DNA of 64,000 bases, from assembly GCA_046761045.1 (NCBI GenBank), contig JBHIFJ010000001.1:11795-75794 (forward strand). The letters are read 5' to 3'. The stretch comes from Thermoplasmata archaeon (lineage in GTDB: Archaea > Thermoplasmatota > Thermoplasmata > RBG-16-68-12 > JAGMCJ01). The position numbers and the translations under genes were made by a program. This document shows, piece by piece, positions 19,495 through 29,802 of this stretch. The notes below the pieces were generated by a model that was not told the origin of the DNA, ran no database searches, and saw only the letters and a program-made list of their open reading frames with translations. Positions within the stretch are counted from its first letter, which is position 1. Every line of letters starts with the position of its first letter.

Positions 19495-20453
19495 AGACCT
19501 CCACCCTTCCTTCTCATGACGTCGTGTGCAGCCTTGATTACGTTTTCGGCTGTCAATCCGTACTTCTCCATCAGCTCGTCCGAGTCCCCAGACTCTCCGA
19601 AAACGTCGGGAATCCCCACGCGCTTCATCGGAATATGTGCGTTTTCAGCTAGGTCCATGGCAACTGCAGCACCCATTCCTACCATCACACTGTGCTCCTC
19701 CGCCGTCACCACGGCGCCCGTTTCTCTTGCTGCCTTTATCACCGCCTCTTTGTCCAATGGCTTGATTGTGCTCATGTTCAAGACCCTGGCATCTATTCCT
19801 TCTTTGGCCAGTTCGTCTGACGCAATCAGACACCTCGAAACCATGATGCCCGTGCCTATGAGGGTGACGTCGTCACCGTCCCTCAGAACCGTTGCCCTAC
19901 CAAGCTTGAATTCGTCCTCAGTGGACATGATTGTTGGGACATCTGCGCGACCCATCCGAAGGTATACAGGGCCCACATAGTCGGCCACAGCCTTTATCGC
20001 CAGGTATGTTTCCGGTGCGTCGGCCGGGACAACAACCGTGATGTTGGGAAGGGCGCGCATCAGTGCCACGTCCTCAACGATTTGGTGAGTCGCTCCGTCA
20101 CCGCCTACAGTTATCCCCGCATGAGTCGCTATTATCTTTACGTTGAGCTTGGGGTAAGCGATTGACTGCCTTATCTGATCATACACTCTCCCCGTTCCAA
20201 AGGCTGCGAAGGTGCTGGCGAACACGGTCTTTCCAGATGCTGCCAAGCCGGCTGCTATGCTCATCATGTTCTGCTCTGCGATTCCAACATTGAAGTGCCT
20301 TTCTGGGAACTCGTCCGCGAACAAGGACGTCTTCACAGACGTTGACAGATCCGCACTCAGAACCACGATGTCCTTTCTTTCCTTACCGAGTTCCACAAGA
20401 GCTCTTGCCCACAAGGCTCTCTGGCTCTCCTTCTTCCATGAACCGTAGTTCAT
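19491..20453 (-). CDS. Transketolase, C-terminal (pyrimidine-binding) subunit
   Basis: 320 aa; split-tkt arrangement, 4-nt overlaps with neighbours; transketolase pyr/C-terminal domain features. Confidence 0.85.
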   Translation of the reverse strand: MNYGSWKKESQRALWARALVELGKERKDIVVLSADLSTSVKTSLFADEFPERHFNVGIAEQNMMSIAAGLAASGKTVFASTFAAFGTGRVYDQIRQSIAYPKLNVKIIATHAGITVGGDGATHQIVEDVALMRALPNITVVVPADAPETYLAIKAVADYVGPVYLRMGRADVPTIMSTEDEFKLGRATVLRDGDDVTLIGTGIMVSRCLIASDELAKEGIDARVLNMSTIKPLDKEAVIKAARETGAVVTAEEHSVMVGMGAAVAMDLAENAHIPMKRVGIPDVFGESGDSDELMEKYGLTAENVIKAAHDVMRRKGGGL

Positions 20454-21286
20454 GGCTCACCTCCGAGTTCGATCATGGCCTGTTTGTATTGCTCCTCGTC
20501 CGGCGCCTTGCCGTGAAATGCCACAGAGCCCTCCATGAAGCTGACGCCCTTTCCCTTGAGGGTTCTTGCGATTATCACCGTAGGTCTCCCTTTGACAGTT
20601 TCGGCCTTGTCGAAGGCCTCCAGTATCTCCTTGAAATTATGCCCGTCGATTTCGATGACTTTCCAGCCGAAGGCTTTCCACTTGTCAGCGAGCGGTTCAA
20701 GCGACATTATCTGCTCCGTTGGGCCGTCGAGCTGCATCAGATTCCTGTCAACGATTGCGCAAAGGTTGTCCAGTCTGAAGAATGCCGCTGCCATGGCGGC
20801 CTCCCATGTCTGGCCACAGTCGTTCTCCCCGTCACCAACCATGACATAGACACGGTAGTTGCGTCGGTCCAGCCTTGCAGCCAGGGCAATGCCGATGCCG
20901 ACGGAGAGCCCCTGCCCCTCAGATCCAGTGGAGGCCTCGACTCCCGGCGTTTTCCTCATGTCGGGATGACCCTGAAGTCTGCTCCCGGTTTTCCTGAGCG
21001 TGTCCAGCTCCGCAACGGGAAAGAACCCCCTCTCAGCAAGGGCTGCGTACCATGCGGGACAGGCGTGGCCCTTGCTCAAGACAAACCGATCTCTGTCCTC
21101 CCAGGAGGGGTTCTTTGGGTCCACATTGAGAACATGAAAGTAGAGGGCCGTGATCACGTCCGTGGCAGAGAGGGACCCACCAGGATGTCCTGATCCGGCC
21201 TGATACACCATTCGAATGATGTGCTGGCGAATCTTGCGGGCTTCGTCTTCGAGTTTGCCTATGAATTCCTGACTGTACCTGGCCAT
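20450..21286 (-). CDS. Transketolase, N-terminal (TPP-binding) subunit
   Basis: 278 aa; [10 protein letters not shown] and GDGENDCG(E) TPP-binding motifs. Confidence 0.85.
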   Translation of the reverse strand: MARYSQEFIGKLEDEARKIRQHIIRMVYQAGSGHPGGSLSATDVITALYFHVLNVDPKNPSWEDRDRFVLSKGHACPAWYAALAERGFFPVAELDTLRKTGSRLQGHPDMRKTPGVEASTGSEGQGLSVGIGIALAARLDRRNYRVYVMVGDGENDCGQTWEAAMAAAFFRLDNLCAIVDRNLMQLDGPTEQIMSLEPLADKWKAFGWKVIEIDGHNFKEILEAFDKAETVKGRPTVIIARTLKGKGVSFMEGSVAFHGKAPDEEQYKQAMIELGGEP

Positions 21287-21414
21287 GAAGTGTCCTCCCC
21301 ACCTCCTGAGTGGGTAAAGGGCTCAAATGTAATAAGATTTGGCGTTTTGGCCCTGACCTCGTTTCGAGACGGGGCCTCAAAAGTCTTTAATAACGACCGG
21401 ACATTAGCCGGAAT

Positions 21415-22077
21415 GTGGTTAAGATAGCACCTTCCATACTGTCTGCTGACTTCTGCAGGTTGGGCGAGGAAGTCATCGCCGCGGAGAAGGGCGGCGCCGA
21501 CATGATTCACATAGATGTCATGGATGGCGTCTTCGTGCCAAACCTCACGATCGGGCCTCCTGTTGTCAAGGGGATTAGGAAATGCACAGCGCTCGAGTTC
21601 GACTGCCATCTCATGGTTCAATCACCGGGGCCCCTCGTAGCTGACTTCATGAAAGCGGGGTCAAACCTCATCACGGTGCACGCAGAATCAGAAGGCGATA
21701 TTGGCAAGGTCCTCAGAGAGATCAGGTCAGGCGGGAACAGGGCTGGCCTGTCTCTGAATCCTCCAACACCCCTTTCGAGAGCCGAGCCTTTTCTTGAGAT
21801 GTTGGACCTTCTACTGGTCATGACAGTCAATCCCGGTTTCAGTGGACAGAGATTCATGCCCGAGGTTATTCCCAAGATCGAAGAGGCCCACAGGCGGATT
21901 GAGGATCTTGGAGTAGGAATCGACTTGCAGGTCGACGGCGGGATAAGCCCCGAGACAGCACACTCTGTCGTCAGGGCGGGCGCCAATGTGCTTGTGGCGG
22001 GTTCCGCAATCTATGGTGGCAACGTAGCCGAAAGAATCGCGCTACTCAGAGAGGCAGCGGAATCCGAAACTTATTAA
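21415..22077 (+). CDS. rpe: Ribulose-phosphate 3-epimerase
   Basis: 220 aa; KIAPSILSADF..GADMIHIDVMDGVFVPNLT and C-terminal LVAGSAIY motifs; GTG start. Confidence 0.85.
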   Translation: MVKIAPSILSADFCRLGEEVIAAEKGGADMIHIDVMDGVFVPNLTIGPPVVKGIRKCTALEFDCHLMVQSPGPLVADFMKAGSNLITVHAESEGDIGKVLREIRSGGNRAGLSLNPPTPLSRAEPFLEMLDLLLVMTVNPGFSGQRFMPEVIPKIEEAHRRIEDLGVGIDLQVDGGISPETAHSVVRAGANVLVAGSAIYGGNVAERIALLREAAESETY

Positions 22078-22107
22078 GGTCTAGGTACAATAAAAGGACG
22101 ACTCTGC

Positions 22108-22290
22108 ATGGATCCAAACGGAGCAAAGTTCGCACTACTCACCATGTCGGTGATTGTTCCCCTACTCCTCATTATGCTGGGAGTCATATTCGATTTTGGC
22201 GGGATCCTGTTGGTCCTGGGAGCACTTATCTGGATGGGCTCCTCTCTGATAGTATTCCTTCCATTCCTGGAGGAAGAGAAATCCCTGTGA
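22108..22290 (+). CDS. Small two-helix membrane protein (hypothetical)
   Basis: 60 aa, two hydrophobic helices; only ORF in a 255-nt gap; no further support. Confidence 0.25.
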   Translation: MDPNGAKFALLTMSVIVPLLLIMLGVIFDFGGILLVLGALIWMGSSLIVFLPFLEEEKSL

Positions 22291-22332
22291 TGCTGTTCTA
22301 GGTGACACGCGCCTCAGGTTCGTGGTCCGTGC

Positions 22333-24729
22333 CTAGGCTCTTGCCTTGAAGGCCTTCATCGTCTTGTTGAATTCCTTGTCCGTCACTTCTGACATAATCT
22401 TGTGCATTTCCTTCATCTTCGATGCGAATCTCTCGGCCTCCGCAGCTGAAATCCATTCGAGCTGGAGCCTGTTCGGGTCTATTCCCATCTTCTCCAGTTT
22501 CCTCTTCCATCTCTTTACTCTCTTGAGGGTCTGTTGGTTCGCATTGATATAGTGACAATCCTGGAGATGGCATCCCGAGACGAGCACGGCAGCAGCTCCC
22601 CTCTCAAACGCCCTCATGATGAACTTCTCTGCAACGCGGCCTGAGCACATTGTCCTGATGACGCGGGAGGAACTCGGATACTGCATCCTGGACACTCCGG
22701 CCAGATCTGCACCTGCGTAGGAACACCAGTTGCAGGCGAAGACGAGAACCTTATTGTGCGGGTCCCGCTCGAGCGCATGGTCGATTTGCGAAATGATTTG
22801 GTCATCCGTGAAATGTCTCATAGTTATGGCATCGTTGGGGCACTGAGCCCCACATGTTCCGCAACCTGCACAGGCCGCTTCCACAACGAACGCGAGTTTG
22901 GCATCCTTGTCCGCGGTTATCGCACCATAGGGGCACACCTTCTCGCAGGCGCCGCAGCCAGTACATCTCTCCTCATCCACTATGGGGGTGAGAGCCTCCA
23001 CCGTGACCTCTCCGCGTATCATGAGCCTGTTCGCCCTTGCTGCCGCGGCGGAGGCCTGAGTGACGCTCTCCTTTATGTCCTTGGGGGCCTCAGCACTTCC
23101 CGCCAGGAAGACTCCCCCGGTCGGCGTGTCAATGGGCTTGAGCTTCGGATGGGCTTCCAGGAAGAAGCCGTTCGAATCTGTCGATATGTTCAGAAGCCTC
23201 TGAATCTCCTCCTTGTCGTCCTGCGGTTCCAGTCCAATGGAGAGAATCACCATTCCGAAATTGGTGTCATAGATCTCCTGGAGCGTCGTGTTTTCTCCTC
23301 TGACTCTGAGAGTTCCGTCAGGATTCAGCTTGATGTCGAATGGCAGTCCCCTTATGAATCTGACCCCCTCCTCCTTGGCCCTCTTGTATAGGTCTTCGAA
23401 TCCCTTTCCGAAGGCTCTGATATCCATATAGAACACGGTGATATCGATTTCCGGCCAGTGCTCCTTGATCAAAAGAGCATCCTTTATCGTCTCCATACAG
23501 CAAACATTGCTGCAATACGGGTTTCCTCTGTCCTCGGTTCTCGAACCCACGCACTGTACGAAGGCCACGTTTCTTGGTTGCTTCGCATCGCTGGGCCGTA
23601 TGAGATGACCCTCTGTGGGTCCTGATGCGTTTATCAGCCTCTCAAATTCCAACGTCGTAAGCACATCTGGGTACTTTCCATAGCCATATTCCTCGAGGTC
23701 GCGCGGATCAAATGATTTCATCCCTGTCGCGACTATTATCGTCCCCACTTCGAGCTGAACCTCCTTCTCTGGTTCCATGTCAAAGTCAATCGCCTCCCTT
23801 TCGCAGGCTTCGATGCATTTGGCACAAGCCCTGACGTTCGGCTCGTTCAAGCAGAGGTCCATGTCAACGATGTAGCTGGAGGGGACGGACTGCGGGAAGG
23901 GTATGTATACTCCCTTTCTCGTCGTGAGTCCGAGGTCGAACTCGTTCGGCGACGTGACAGGGCAAACATCTGAGCAATCCCCGCAGGCCGTGCAATCGGC
24001 GGTGACGTAGCGGGCTTTCTGCATGACAAGAGCGCTGAAATTGCCGATGTAGCCATCGATGTGCTCTACTGTAGCGTTTGTCAGCACCTCGACATTCGGA
24101 TGTCTGCCGACTTCCGACATCTTTGGGGCGAGTATGCAGATTGAACAATCCATCGTGGGAAAGGTCTTGTCGATCTGTGCCATCCTTCCGCCTATGCTCG
24201 GCTCCTTCTCAACGAGATAGACTTGGTATCCACAGTCACCCAGATCGAGAGAAGCCTGAATTCCGGCCACGCCTCCACCGATGACCAGCGCGCTCTTTCT
24301 TACGGGAACCTTCTTCTCCACCTGCGGCTTCAGCAGTCGAGCCTTGGCGACAGCCATGGCAACAAGGTCCTTCGCCTTCTCCGTCGCTCCTTCCTTGTCG
24401 TGGAGATGAACCCAGCTGCAGTGCTCCCTGATGTTGGCCATCTCGAGAAGGTATCTGTTCAGCCCCGCCTCCTCGCAGGCATTTCTGAACGTCTCCTCAT
24501 GAAGTTTGGGCGAGCAGGAAGCAACGACGACCCTGTTGAGCCCATGCTCCTTTATGTCGTCCTTTATCTTCTGTTGTCCTGGCTCAGAGCAGGTGTACAT
24601 GTTGTGCTCCGCATAGACCACATCATCCAGAGTCTTTGCATGCTCCGCGACTTCCTCGCAGTGAACTGTTGCCCCTATGTTGAGGCCGCAGTGGCACACG
24701 TAAACGCCAATTCTGATCTCCTCTTTCAT
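22333..24729 (-). CDS. hdrA: Heterodisulfide reductase subunit A fused to MvhD-like domain (HdrA-MvhD)
   Basis: 798 aa from ATG 24729 (MKEEIRIGVYVCHCG); N-terminal 4-Cys domain, FAD GxGxxG (ALVIGGGVAGIQ), inserted and C-terminal 2x[4Fe-4S] CxxCxxCxxxCP motifs; last ~140 aa match MvhD (VFACNWCSYAGADLAG..CSGRV..GCHLQDCHY); start 4 nt after hdrBC stop. Confidence 0.85.
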   Translation of the reverse strand: MKEEIRIGVYVCHCGLNIGATVHCEEVAEHAKTLDDVVYAEHNMYTCSEPGQQKIKDDIKEHGLNRVVVASCSPKLHEETFRNACEEAGLNRYLLEMANIREHCSWVHLHDKEGATEKAKDLVAMAVAKARLLKPQVEKKVPVRKSALVIGGGVAGIQASLDLGDCGYQVYLVEKEPSIGGRMAQIDKTFPTMDCSICILAPKMSEVGRHPNVEVLTNATVEHIDGYIGNFSALVMQKARYVTADCTACGDCSDVCPVTSPNEFDLGLTTRKGVYIPFPQSVPSSYIVDMDLCLNEPNVRACAKCIEACEREAIDFDMEPEKEVQLEVGTIIVATGMKSFDPRDLEEYGYGKYPDVLTTLEFERLINASGPTEGHLIRPSDAKQPRNVAFVQCVGSRTEDRGNPYCSNVCCMETIKDALLIKEHWPEIDITVFYMDIRAFGKGFEDLYKRAKEEGVRFIRGLPFDIKLNPDGTLRVRGENTTLQEIYDTNFGMVILSIGLEPQDDKEEIQRLLNISTDSNGFFLEAHPKLKPIDTPTGGVFLAGSAEAPKDIKESVTQASAAAARANRLMIRGEVTVEALTPIVDEERCTGCGACEKVCPYGAITADKDAKLAFVVEAACAGCGTCGAQCPNDAITMRHFTDDQIISQIDHALERDPHNKVLVFACNWCSYAGADLAGVSRMQYPSSSRVIRTMCSGRVAEKFIMRAFERGAAAVLVSGCHLQDCHYINANQQTLKRVKRWKRKLEKMGIDPNRLQLEWISAAEAERFASKMKEMHKIMSEVTDKEFNKTMKAFKARA

Positions 24730-24733
24730 CTCA

Positions 24734-25849
24734 TCACGACTCCAACGACTCAGCCAACATGACGAACAGATCCTTGACCTCCGTGTTGACATCGCTCGGC
24801 TCATCCAAAGCGCACCTGAAGTGTATCAAGCATTTCGGGCACGCGGTTATCATCACATCGGCAATCTGAGATGCTTCCTTCAAGCGGCTCACCTGAATTC
24901 TCTTTGAGTCTTGATCGCAGTTCATCCAGCAGGAGGTCCCACAGCAGACTGACTTCTTTCTGTTGTCCTCCATCTCCACCAGTTCCAGGCCAGGAACCGA
25001 AAGCAATAGCTCTCTCGGGGCCTCGTAGATTCCTTGGAACCTTCCCAGTCTGCAGGAATCCTGATATGTGACCTTCTTTCCGTTCTCCTTGAACCTCAGG
25101 TCATCAAGTCTCTTCTCCAGGAAGTTAGACAGGTGGTGCAGCTCGATATCCTCCCTGAGGTCCACATAGTCCTCCTTGAAGGTGTTGTAGCATTCTGGGC
25201 AAGTGAAGACGATTTGCTTCACCTTGGACCGATTGATCATGGCAGTGTTCAGCTCGGCCAGCTCCGCAAACGTGTCTGTCTCTCCAGACCAAAGCATATC
25301 ATGACCACAACACACCTCATTCCTGAGAAGTCGTGGCTTGATGCCGATGCTGTTGAGCAGCGTTATCGCGCTCTTGGTAATCTCGGTGTGACTCCCCACG
25401 TCGCCTAGAATCAGGTCGTAGTAGGGTGCACAGCCTACAAACAGAAGAGTGGTGCCTCGGGTGTCTGTTTCCAATGAATCATCCAGCCATCCCAGTCTCT
25501 TCTGCTTCAGCTGACCGCTTGCCATTAGTCTCGCCATCGAGTGGAGAATCCCAGCGTGGGCACAGTCGCCATGGTCGTCACGCTTGACCAGTATCGCTCT
25601 GATTTCCCTCACAAAGACAGGGTAGTGAACGTCGGACGGACAATACTGGGAGCACGCCTCACATGTGAGACATTCCCACATCTCATTGGGATCGATTCTC
25701 TTCTCGCCGTAGGCGAGAATCCTCTCGACGATTCTTCGCGGGGAGTAGATGTTTCCGTTGTATGTGAGTGGACAGGCGAGCGTGCACTTGCCGCACGAGT
25801 AGCACATCTGGACCCGGTTTTCCTTGATGACCTCACCCAGTTCCATCAC
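24734..25849 (-). CDS. Heterodisulfide reductase HdrC-HdrB fusion (ferredoxin + two CCG domains)
   Basis: 371 aa; N-terminal 2x CxxCxxCxxxCP (CYSCGKCTLACP; CLTCEACSQYCP) = HdrC; C-terminal CCG motifs (NEVCCGHD; KSVCCGTSCW) = HdrB. Confidence 0.8.
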   Translation of the reverse strand: MMELGEVIKENRVQMCYSCGKCTLACPLTYNGNIYSPRRIVERILAYGEKRIDPNEMWECLTCEACSQYCPSDVHYPVFVREIRAILVKRDDHGDCAHAGILHSMARLMASGQLKQKRLGWLDDSLETDTRGTTLLFVGCAPYYDLILGDVGSHTEITKSAITLLNSIGIKPRLLRNEVCCGHDMLWSGETDTFAELAELNTAMINRSKVKQIVFTCPECYNTFKEDYVDLREDIELHHLSNFLEKRLDDLRFKENGKKVTYQDSCRLGRFQGIYEAPRELLLSVPGLELVEMEDNRKKSVCCGTSCWMNCDQDSKRIQVSRLKEASQIADVMITACPKCLIHFRCALDEPSDVNTEVKDLFVMLAESLES

Positions 25850-26265
25850 TTGCCGCCTCCCAATGGGTTGGGACCCTTGTTCTTGATCTCCTTGACGAAC
25901 TCCTTGACAACCTCAGCGAATCTTGTCCCCTCTGAGGCCGAAATCCATTCGAGGCGGATGCGGTCAGCACCCAGCCCGATGACATCGGCAACCTTTCTGG
26001 CATTCTCCATCCTGATCTCTGCTTTTTCGTTTCCGGAGTTGTAATGGCAGTCACCTGGGTGGCAGCCAGCGACCAGAACGCCATCGATGCCCTTCTCGAA
26101 AGCGCGGAATATATGACCCGGGTCGACACGACCTGAGCACATCACTCTGACTATCTTGACATTGGCTGGGTATTGGAGTCTGGAGGTCCCTGCAAGGTCA
26201 GCCCCAGAATAGGCACACCAGTTGCAGCAGAACGCAAGGATTCTTGGCTCGAACGGTTTCTTCAT
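25846..26265 (-). CDS. mvhD: MvhD-like [2Fe-2S] electron-transfer protein
   Basis: 139 aa; FCCNWCAYSGADLAG, CSGRVDP, GCHPGDCHY - canonical MvhD signature. Confidence 0.85.
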   Translation of the reverse strand: MKKPFEPRILAFCCNWCAYSGADLAGTSRLQYPANVKIVRVMCSGRVDPGHIFRAFEKGIDGVLVAGCHPGDCHYNSGNEKAEIRMENARKVADVIGLGADRIRLEWISASEGTRFAEVVKEFVKEIKNKGPNPLGGGK

Positions 26266-29253
26266 CTAAGCCCATCCCTCCAGACTCTCGATGATTCTGT
26301 CAAGCTGATCGCTCGTGCATCCGTAGACATCCAGCGCGCCAGTTGGGCACGCAACAACACAAGCACCACATCCCTTGCAGAGCACAGTATTCACCATTGC
26401 TGTTTTGATGTCTTCCGACTCCACAACCTCGATTGCGCCGAAATCGCAGACCTCAACACACCTACTGCACCATCTGCATCGTGATTCATTGACGTGAGCG
26501 ACCAAGGGCTCGACTTCTATTCTGTCCTTGGAGAGTAGCCCGAGAGCTTTCGTCGCAGCTCCTCTGCCTTGGGCAATGCTCTCGTCTGAAGGCTTCGCGG
26601 AATGGGCGAAGCCACATAGGAAGATGCCGTCGGTCGCGAATTCAACCGGCCTGAGCTTTCGGTGTGCTTCCAGGAAGAAGCCGTCCCCGCTCAGGGGGAC
26701 CTTCAGTATCTCGGACAGCTTCTCGTTGTCCGGATTCGGTCTTATGCCCGCGCTCAGAATCAGGTATTCCGGTTCGAGGAGAACATCCTCCATCAGGAAT
26801 GTGTCCTTCACGACGACATGCAGCTTCCCCTTCTCCTCCCTCACCTCGGGGGGATTCTCATCGTTGTATCTCAGGAATATGACGCCCCTCTTGGACGCCT
26901 CTCGATAGAACCTCTCCCTGAATCCATACGTCCGTATGTCCTTGTAGAGGACATAGACGGGCGTATCATGATATTTCCTCTTCACCCACAAGGCGTTCTT
27001 GATGGATGTGGAGCAGCATATGCGACTGCAGTTGTGATACTCGGGCACGCGAGAGCCCACGCACTGTATTATCACTATGCTCCTGGGATTGAAGTCCTCG
27101 TGGAGCATCCTCTCCTCCAGCTCGAGCTGGGTCATGACGTGGTCGCTCCTTCCGTACAGATACTCGGTGGGTCTGTACTCGACCGCGCCCGTGGCGACTA
27201 TGACGACCCCGTGATCGATATCGCTCCCATCCGCAAGCGTGGTGTGAAAGTTCCCAACGAATCCGTCGAGGGACTCGACCTCCGTTCCCATGTGCAATGT
27301 GATTCTGTCGTTGCTCCTCACACTCTCTATCGTGTCCGTGAGGAGCTTCTGAGGATCCATTCCCCTCAGCGTATGCGTTATCCTTCTCAGGTTCCCGCCA
27401 AGCTCGTTCGTCTTCTCGACGAGATGCGTCTTTATTCCGTGCTCCGCGAGGGACAGCGCGGCTGTCATCCCCGACAGTCCGCCTCCTATCACGAGGGCGG
27501 TCCTGTTGACGGGGACGGATACCTTCTGGAGGGGTTCCAGAAGCCTTGCCTTCGCGATCGCAGCCGCAACGAGTCCCTTGGCCTTCTCCGTCGCCTTCTC
27601 AGGCTCCTTGGAATGTACCCACGAACAGTGCTCGCGTATGTTCGCCATCTCGAAGAGATAGGGATTCAGTCCCGCCTCCCTTATCGTCTCCTGGAAGAGT
27701 TTCTCATAGGACCTTGGTGAGCAGGATGCAACGACGACCCGATTGAGGTCATGCTCCCTTATGGACTCCTTGATCCTCTCCTGGGTCGTGACGGAGCATG
27801 TGTACAGATTGTCCTCAGCGTGAACGACGTTGGGCAGCGTCCCAACGTACTCGACGACGGAGGGAACGTCCACGACACCGCCTATGTTGATTCCGCAGTG
27901 GCATACGAAGACACCGATGCGGGGGGCTTCCACTTCAACCGAGGTCCCCTCTGGCGAATCCTTGCGAGCTTTGACCTCTTCGAAAACGGGGGTGACCAGA
28001 GAGGCTGCCGATGACTGGCACACCGAGTCCGGGATGTCCTTCGGTTCAGCTATGGTTCCCGCAACGTATACGCCGGGTCTCGTGGTCTGAAAGTTCTCAA
28101 AGGAGATCGTCCTGAAGAAACCATAATCGTTGAGTTCCGCGCCAAGGACCTTGCTGAGCCCTTCCGCGTCCTTCGGCGGTCTCATCCCAACCGACAACAC
28201 GACAAGGTCGAACTCCTTGTCCTCAATCTTGTCATTCTCAGGATACCTGGTGAGGACTGCACCGCTAGGGGCGGGCTCGAGTGCCGAGACCCTATTCCCT
28301 CTGTAGATTCTTATGCCGTGCTCCTCTTCGGCCCTCATCCTGAAGTCTTCGAACTCCTTGCCAAAAGCCCTCAGGTCTATGGAGAAGATGTGGATGTCGA
28401 CTGACGGGTTATGCTCCTTCGCCACAATCGCCTCCTTCAGCGCGTACATGCAGCACACGGAGGAGCAGTACTCTCCTCCGTATACGACGGATCTGCTTCC
28501 CACGCACTGAATGAACGCGATGTTCTTGGGCTCCCTTCCGTCGGAGGGCCTCACCACCCTTCCCTGTGTCGGACCGGATGCGCTGAGGAGCCTCTCGAAC
28601 TCGAGGCTCGTTATGACATTCGGAAGGACGCCGTATCCGTACTCGTGTATCACGGAGGGATCGAAGACATCCGCTCCGGATGCGATTATGACGCTTGCCA
28701 CCTCTATCCTCGTCTCCTCCTCTCTCTGATCGAACTCTATGGCCTGCGCCTCGCAGAACTTCTCGCAGGCCCTGCATTTTCCCGTCTTGAAGTAGATGCA
28801 GTTGTCCCTGTCTATGACATATGTGGAGGGAACGGATTGCGGATATGCCCTATATATCGCCTTTCTGATGGAGCTGCCGGCATCGAACTCATTGAGCACC
28901 TTGGCGGGACACTTCTCGGAGCAGATTCCGCAGGCGACGCACTTCTCCTCGTTCACATACCTGGGATTCCTCCTTATCACGGCGGTGAAGTTCCCCCTCT
29001 CTCCCTCGAGCGCCATGAGCTCGGCGTTTGTGAGAAGCTCTATATTGGGATGTCTTCCCGCCTCCACGAGCTTGGGAGAGAGTATGCACATTGAACAATC
29101 ATTCGTGGGAAAGGTCTTGTCAAGCTGAGCCATCCGACCGCCGATGAATGGGGAGCTTTCGAGAATCGTCACCTGTGCGCCAGCGTTGGCTATATCAATG
29201 GCGCTCTGGATGCCAGCGATTCCTCCTCCTATCACAAGGATGCCCTTGTCCAA
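26266..29253 (-). CDS. Tandem-duplicated HdrA-like flavoprotein (995 aa)
   Basis: First module (aa 1-~430): FAD motif VIGGGIAGIQ, inserted ferredoxin, lacks N-terminal Cys cluster; second module (~aa 440-995): VFVCHCGINIGG Cys-cluster domain, second FAD motif LVIGGGLSGM, C-terminal 2x[4Fe-4S] (CRWCSRCVEVC; CKGCGACVVACP). Begins 1 nt after korG stop. Confidence 0.8.
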   Translation of the reverse strand: MDKGILVIGGGIAGIQSAIDIANAGAQVTILESSPFIGGRMAQLDKTFPTNDCSMCILSPKLVEAGRHPNIELLTNAELMALEGERGNFTAVIRRNPRYVNEEKCVACGICSEKCPAKVLNEFDAGSSIRKAIYRAYPQSVPSTYVIDRDNCIYFKTGKCRACEKFCEAQAIEFDQREEETRIEVASVIIASGADVFDPSVIHEYGYGVLPNVITSLEFERLLSASGPTQGRVVRPSDGREPKNIAFIQCVGSRSVVYGGEYCSSVCCMYALKEAIVAKEHNPSVDIHIFSIDLRAFGKEFEDFRMRAEEEHGIRIYRGNRVSALEPAPSGAVLTRYPENDKIEDKEFDLVVLSVGMRPPKDAEGLSKVLGAELNDYGFFRTISFENFQTTRPGVYVAGTIAEPKDIPDSVCQSSAASLVTPVFEEVKARKDSPEGTSVEVEAPRIGVFVCHCGINIGGVVDVPSVVEYVGTLPNVVHAEDNLYTCSVTTQERIKESIREHDLNRVVVASCSPRSYEKLFQETIREAGLNPYLFEMANIREHCSWVHSKEPEKATEKAKGLVAAAIAKARLLEPLQKVSVPVNRTALVIGGGLSGMTAALSLAEHGIKTHLVEKTNELGGNLRRITHTLRGMDPQKLLTDTIESVRSNDRITLHMGTEVESLDGFVGNFHTTLADGSDIDHGVVIVATGAVEYRPTEYLYGRSDHVMTQLELEERMLHEDFNPRSIVIIQCVGSRVPEYHNCSRICCSTSIKNALWVKRKYHDTPVYVLYKDIRTYGFRERFYREASKRGVIFLRYNDENPPEVREEKGKLHVVVKDTFLMEDVLLEPEYLILSAGIRPNPDNEKLSEILKVPLSGDGFFLEAHRKLRPVEFATDGIFLCGFAHSAKPSDESIAQGRGAATKALGLLSKDRIEVEPLVAHVNESRCRWCSRCVEVCDFGAIEVVESEDIKTAMVNTVLCKGCGACVVACPTGALDVYGCTSDQLDRIIESLEGWA

Positions 29254-29802
29254 CTAACTCGCCACCGAGTTCTTGCCGTACTCGTAGCCCTTCTCAAAGG
29301 CTTCGAGATTGAGCTCTTCCGTTCCCTTTGGAACCGAGTCAAGAATCGACTTCCTCATCGCATCATAGCCGACAACGTCCGATACTGCTGTGAGAAATCC
29401 AAGCATAACGATGTTGGCAACGATCTTCTTTCCGAGGTCTTCCGCCATTCTGGTGGCGGGAGCCTTGTATATCTTGTTCTTTCCACTGAACGATGAGACA
29501 TCGACGAGATCTTCATCGACAATCAGTATCGCATCATCGGCGGCCCTTACATGATATTGATTGTAGGCGTCCTGGGACATTAGAACCAGCACGTCAGGGG
29601 CAGTTCCCATCGGATAGTTGATGTCCTCGTCGCTAATGATGACATCAGCATGGCAGGCTCCGCCCCTCGCCTCTGGACCGTAGGATTGAGTCTGGACCGC
29701 TTCCTTCCTTTCATAGAGCGCGACAGCCTTTCCCAGGATGAAGCCCGCCAAGACAATGCCTTGCCCCCCGAAACCGCCCAGACGGACCTCCTTCCTGCTC
29801 AC
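29254..29802 (-). CDS. 2-oxoacid:ferredoxin oxidoreductase, gamma subunit
   Basis: 183 aa from GTG 29802 (GTGA overlap with korB stop); VRLGGFGGQGIVLAG gamma-subunit N-terminus; the ORF track's upstream extension is an overlap artefact. Confidence 0.8.
   Translation of the reverse strand: MSRKEVRLGGFGGQGIVLAGFILGKAVALYERKEAVQTQSYGPEARGGACHADVIISDEDINYPMGTAPDVLVLMSQDAYNQYHVRAADDAILIVDEDLVDVSSFSGKNKIYKAPATRMAEDLGKKIVANIVMLGFLTAVSDVVGYDAMRKSILDSVPKGTEELNLEAFEKGYEYGKNSVAS

Noticed and set aside
18955-21193. Plus-strand ORFs of 341 and 283 aa overlapping the tal/tkt genes
   Set aside because: They are antisense to clear transaldolase and transketolase genes and have no motifs.
26662-29128. Plus-strand ORFs of 352, 227 and 110 aa inside the hdrA region
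   Set aside because: They are antisense to the HdrA coding sequence, which has very strong motif support. They are Arg/Pro/Gly-rich shadow ORFs.
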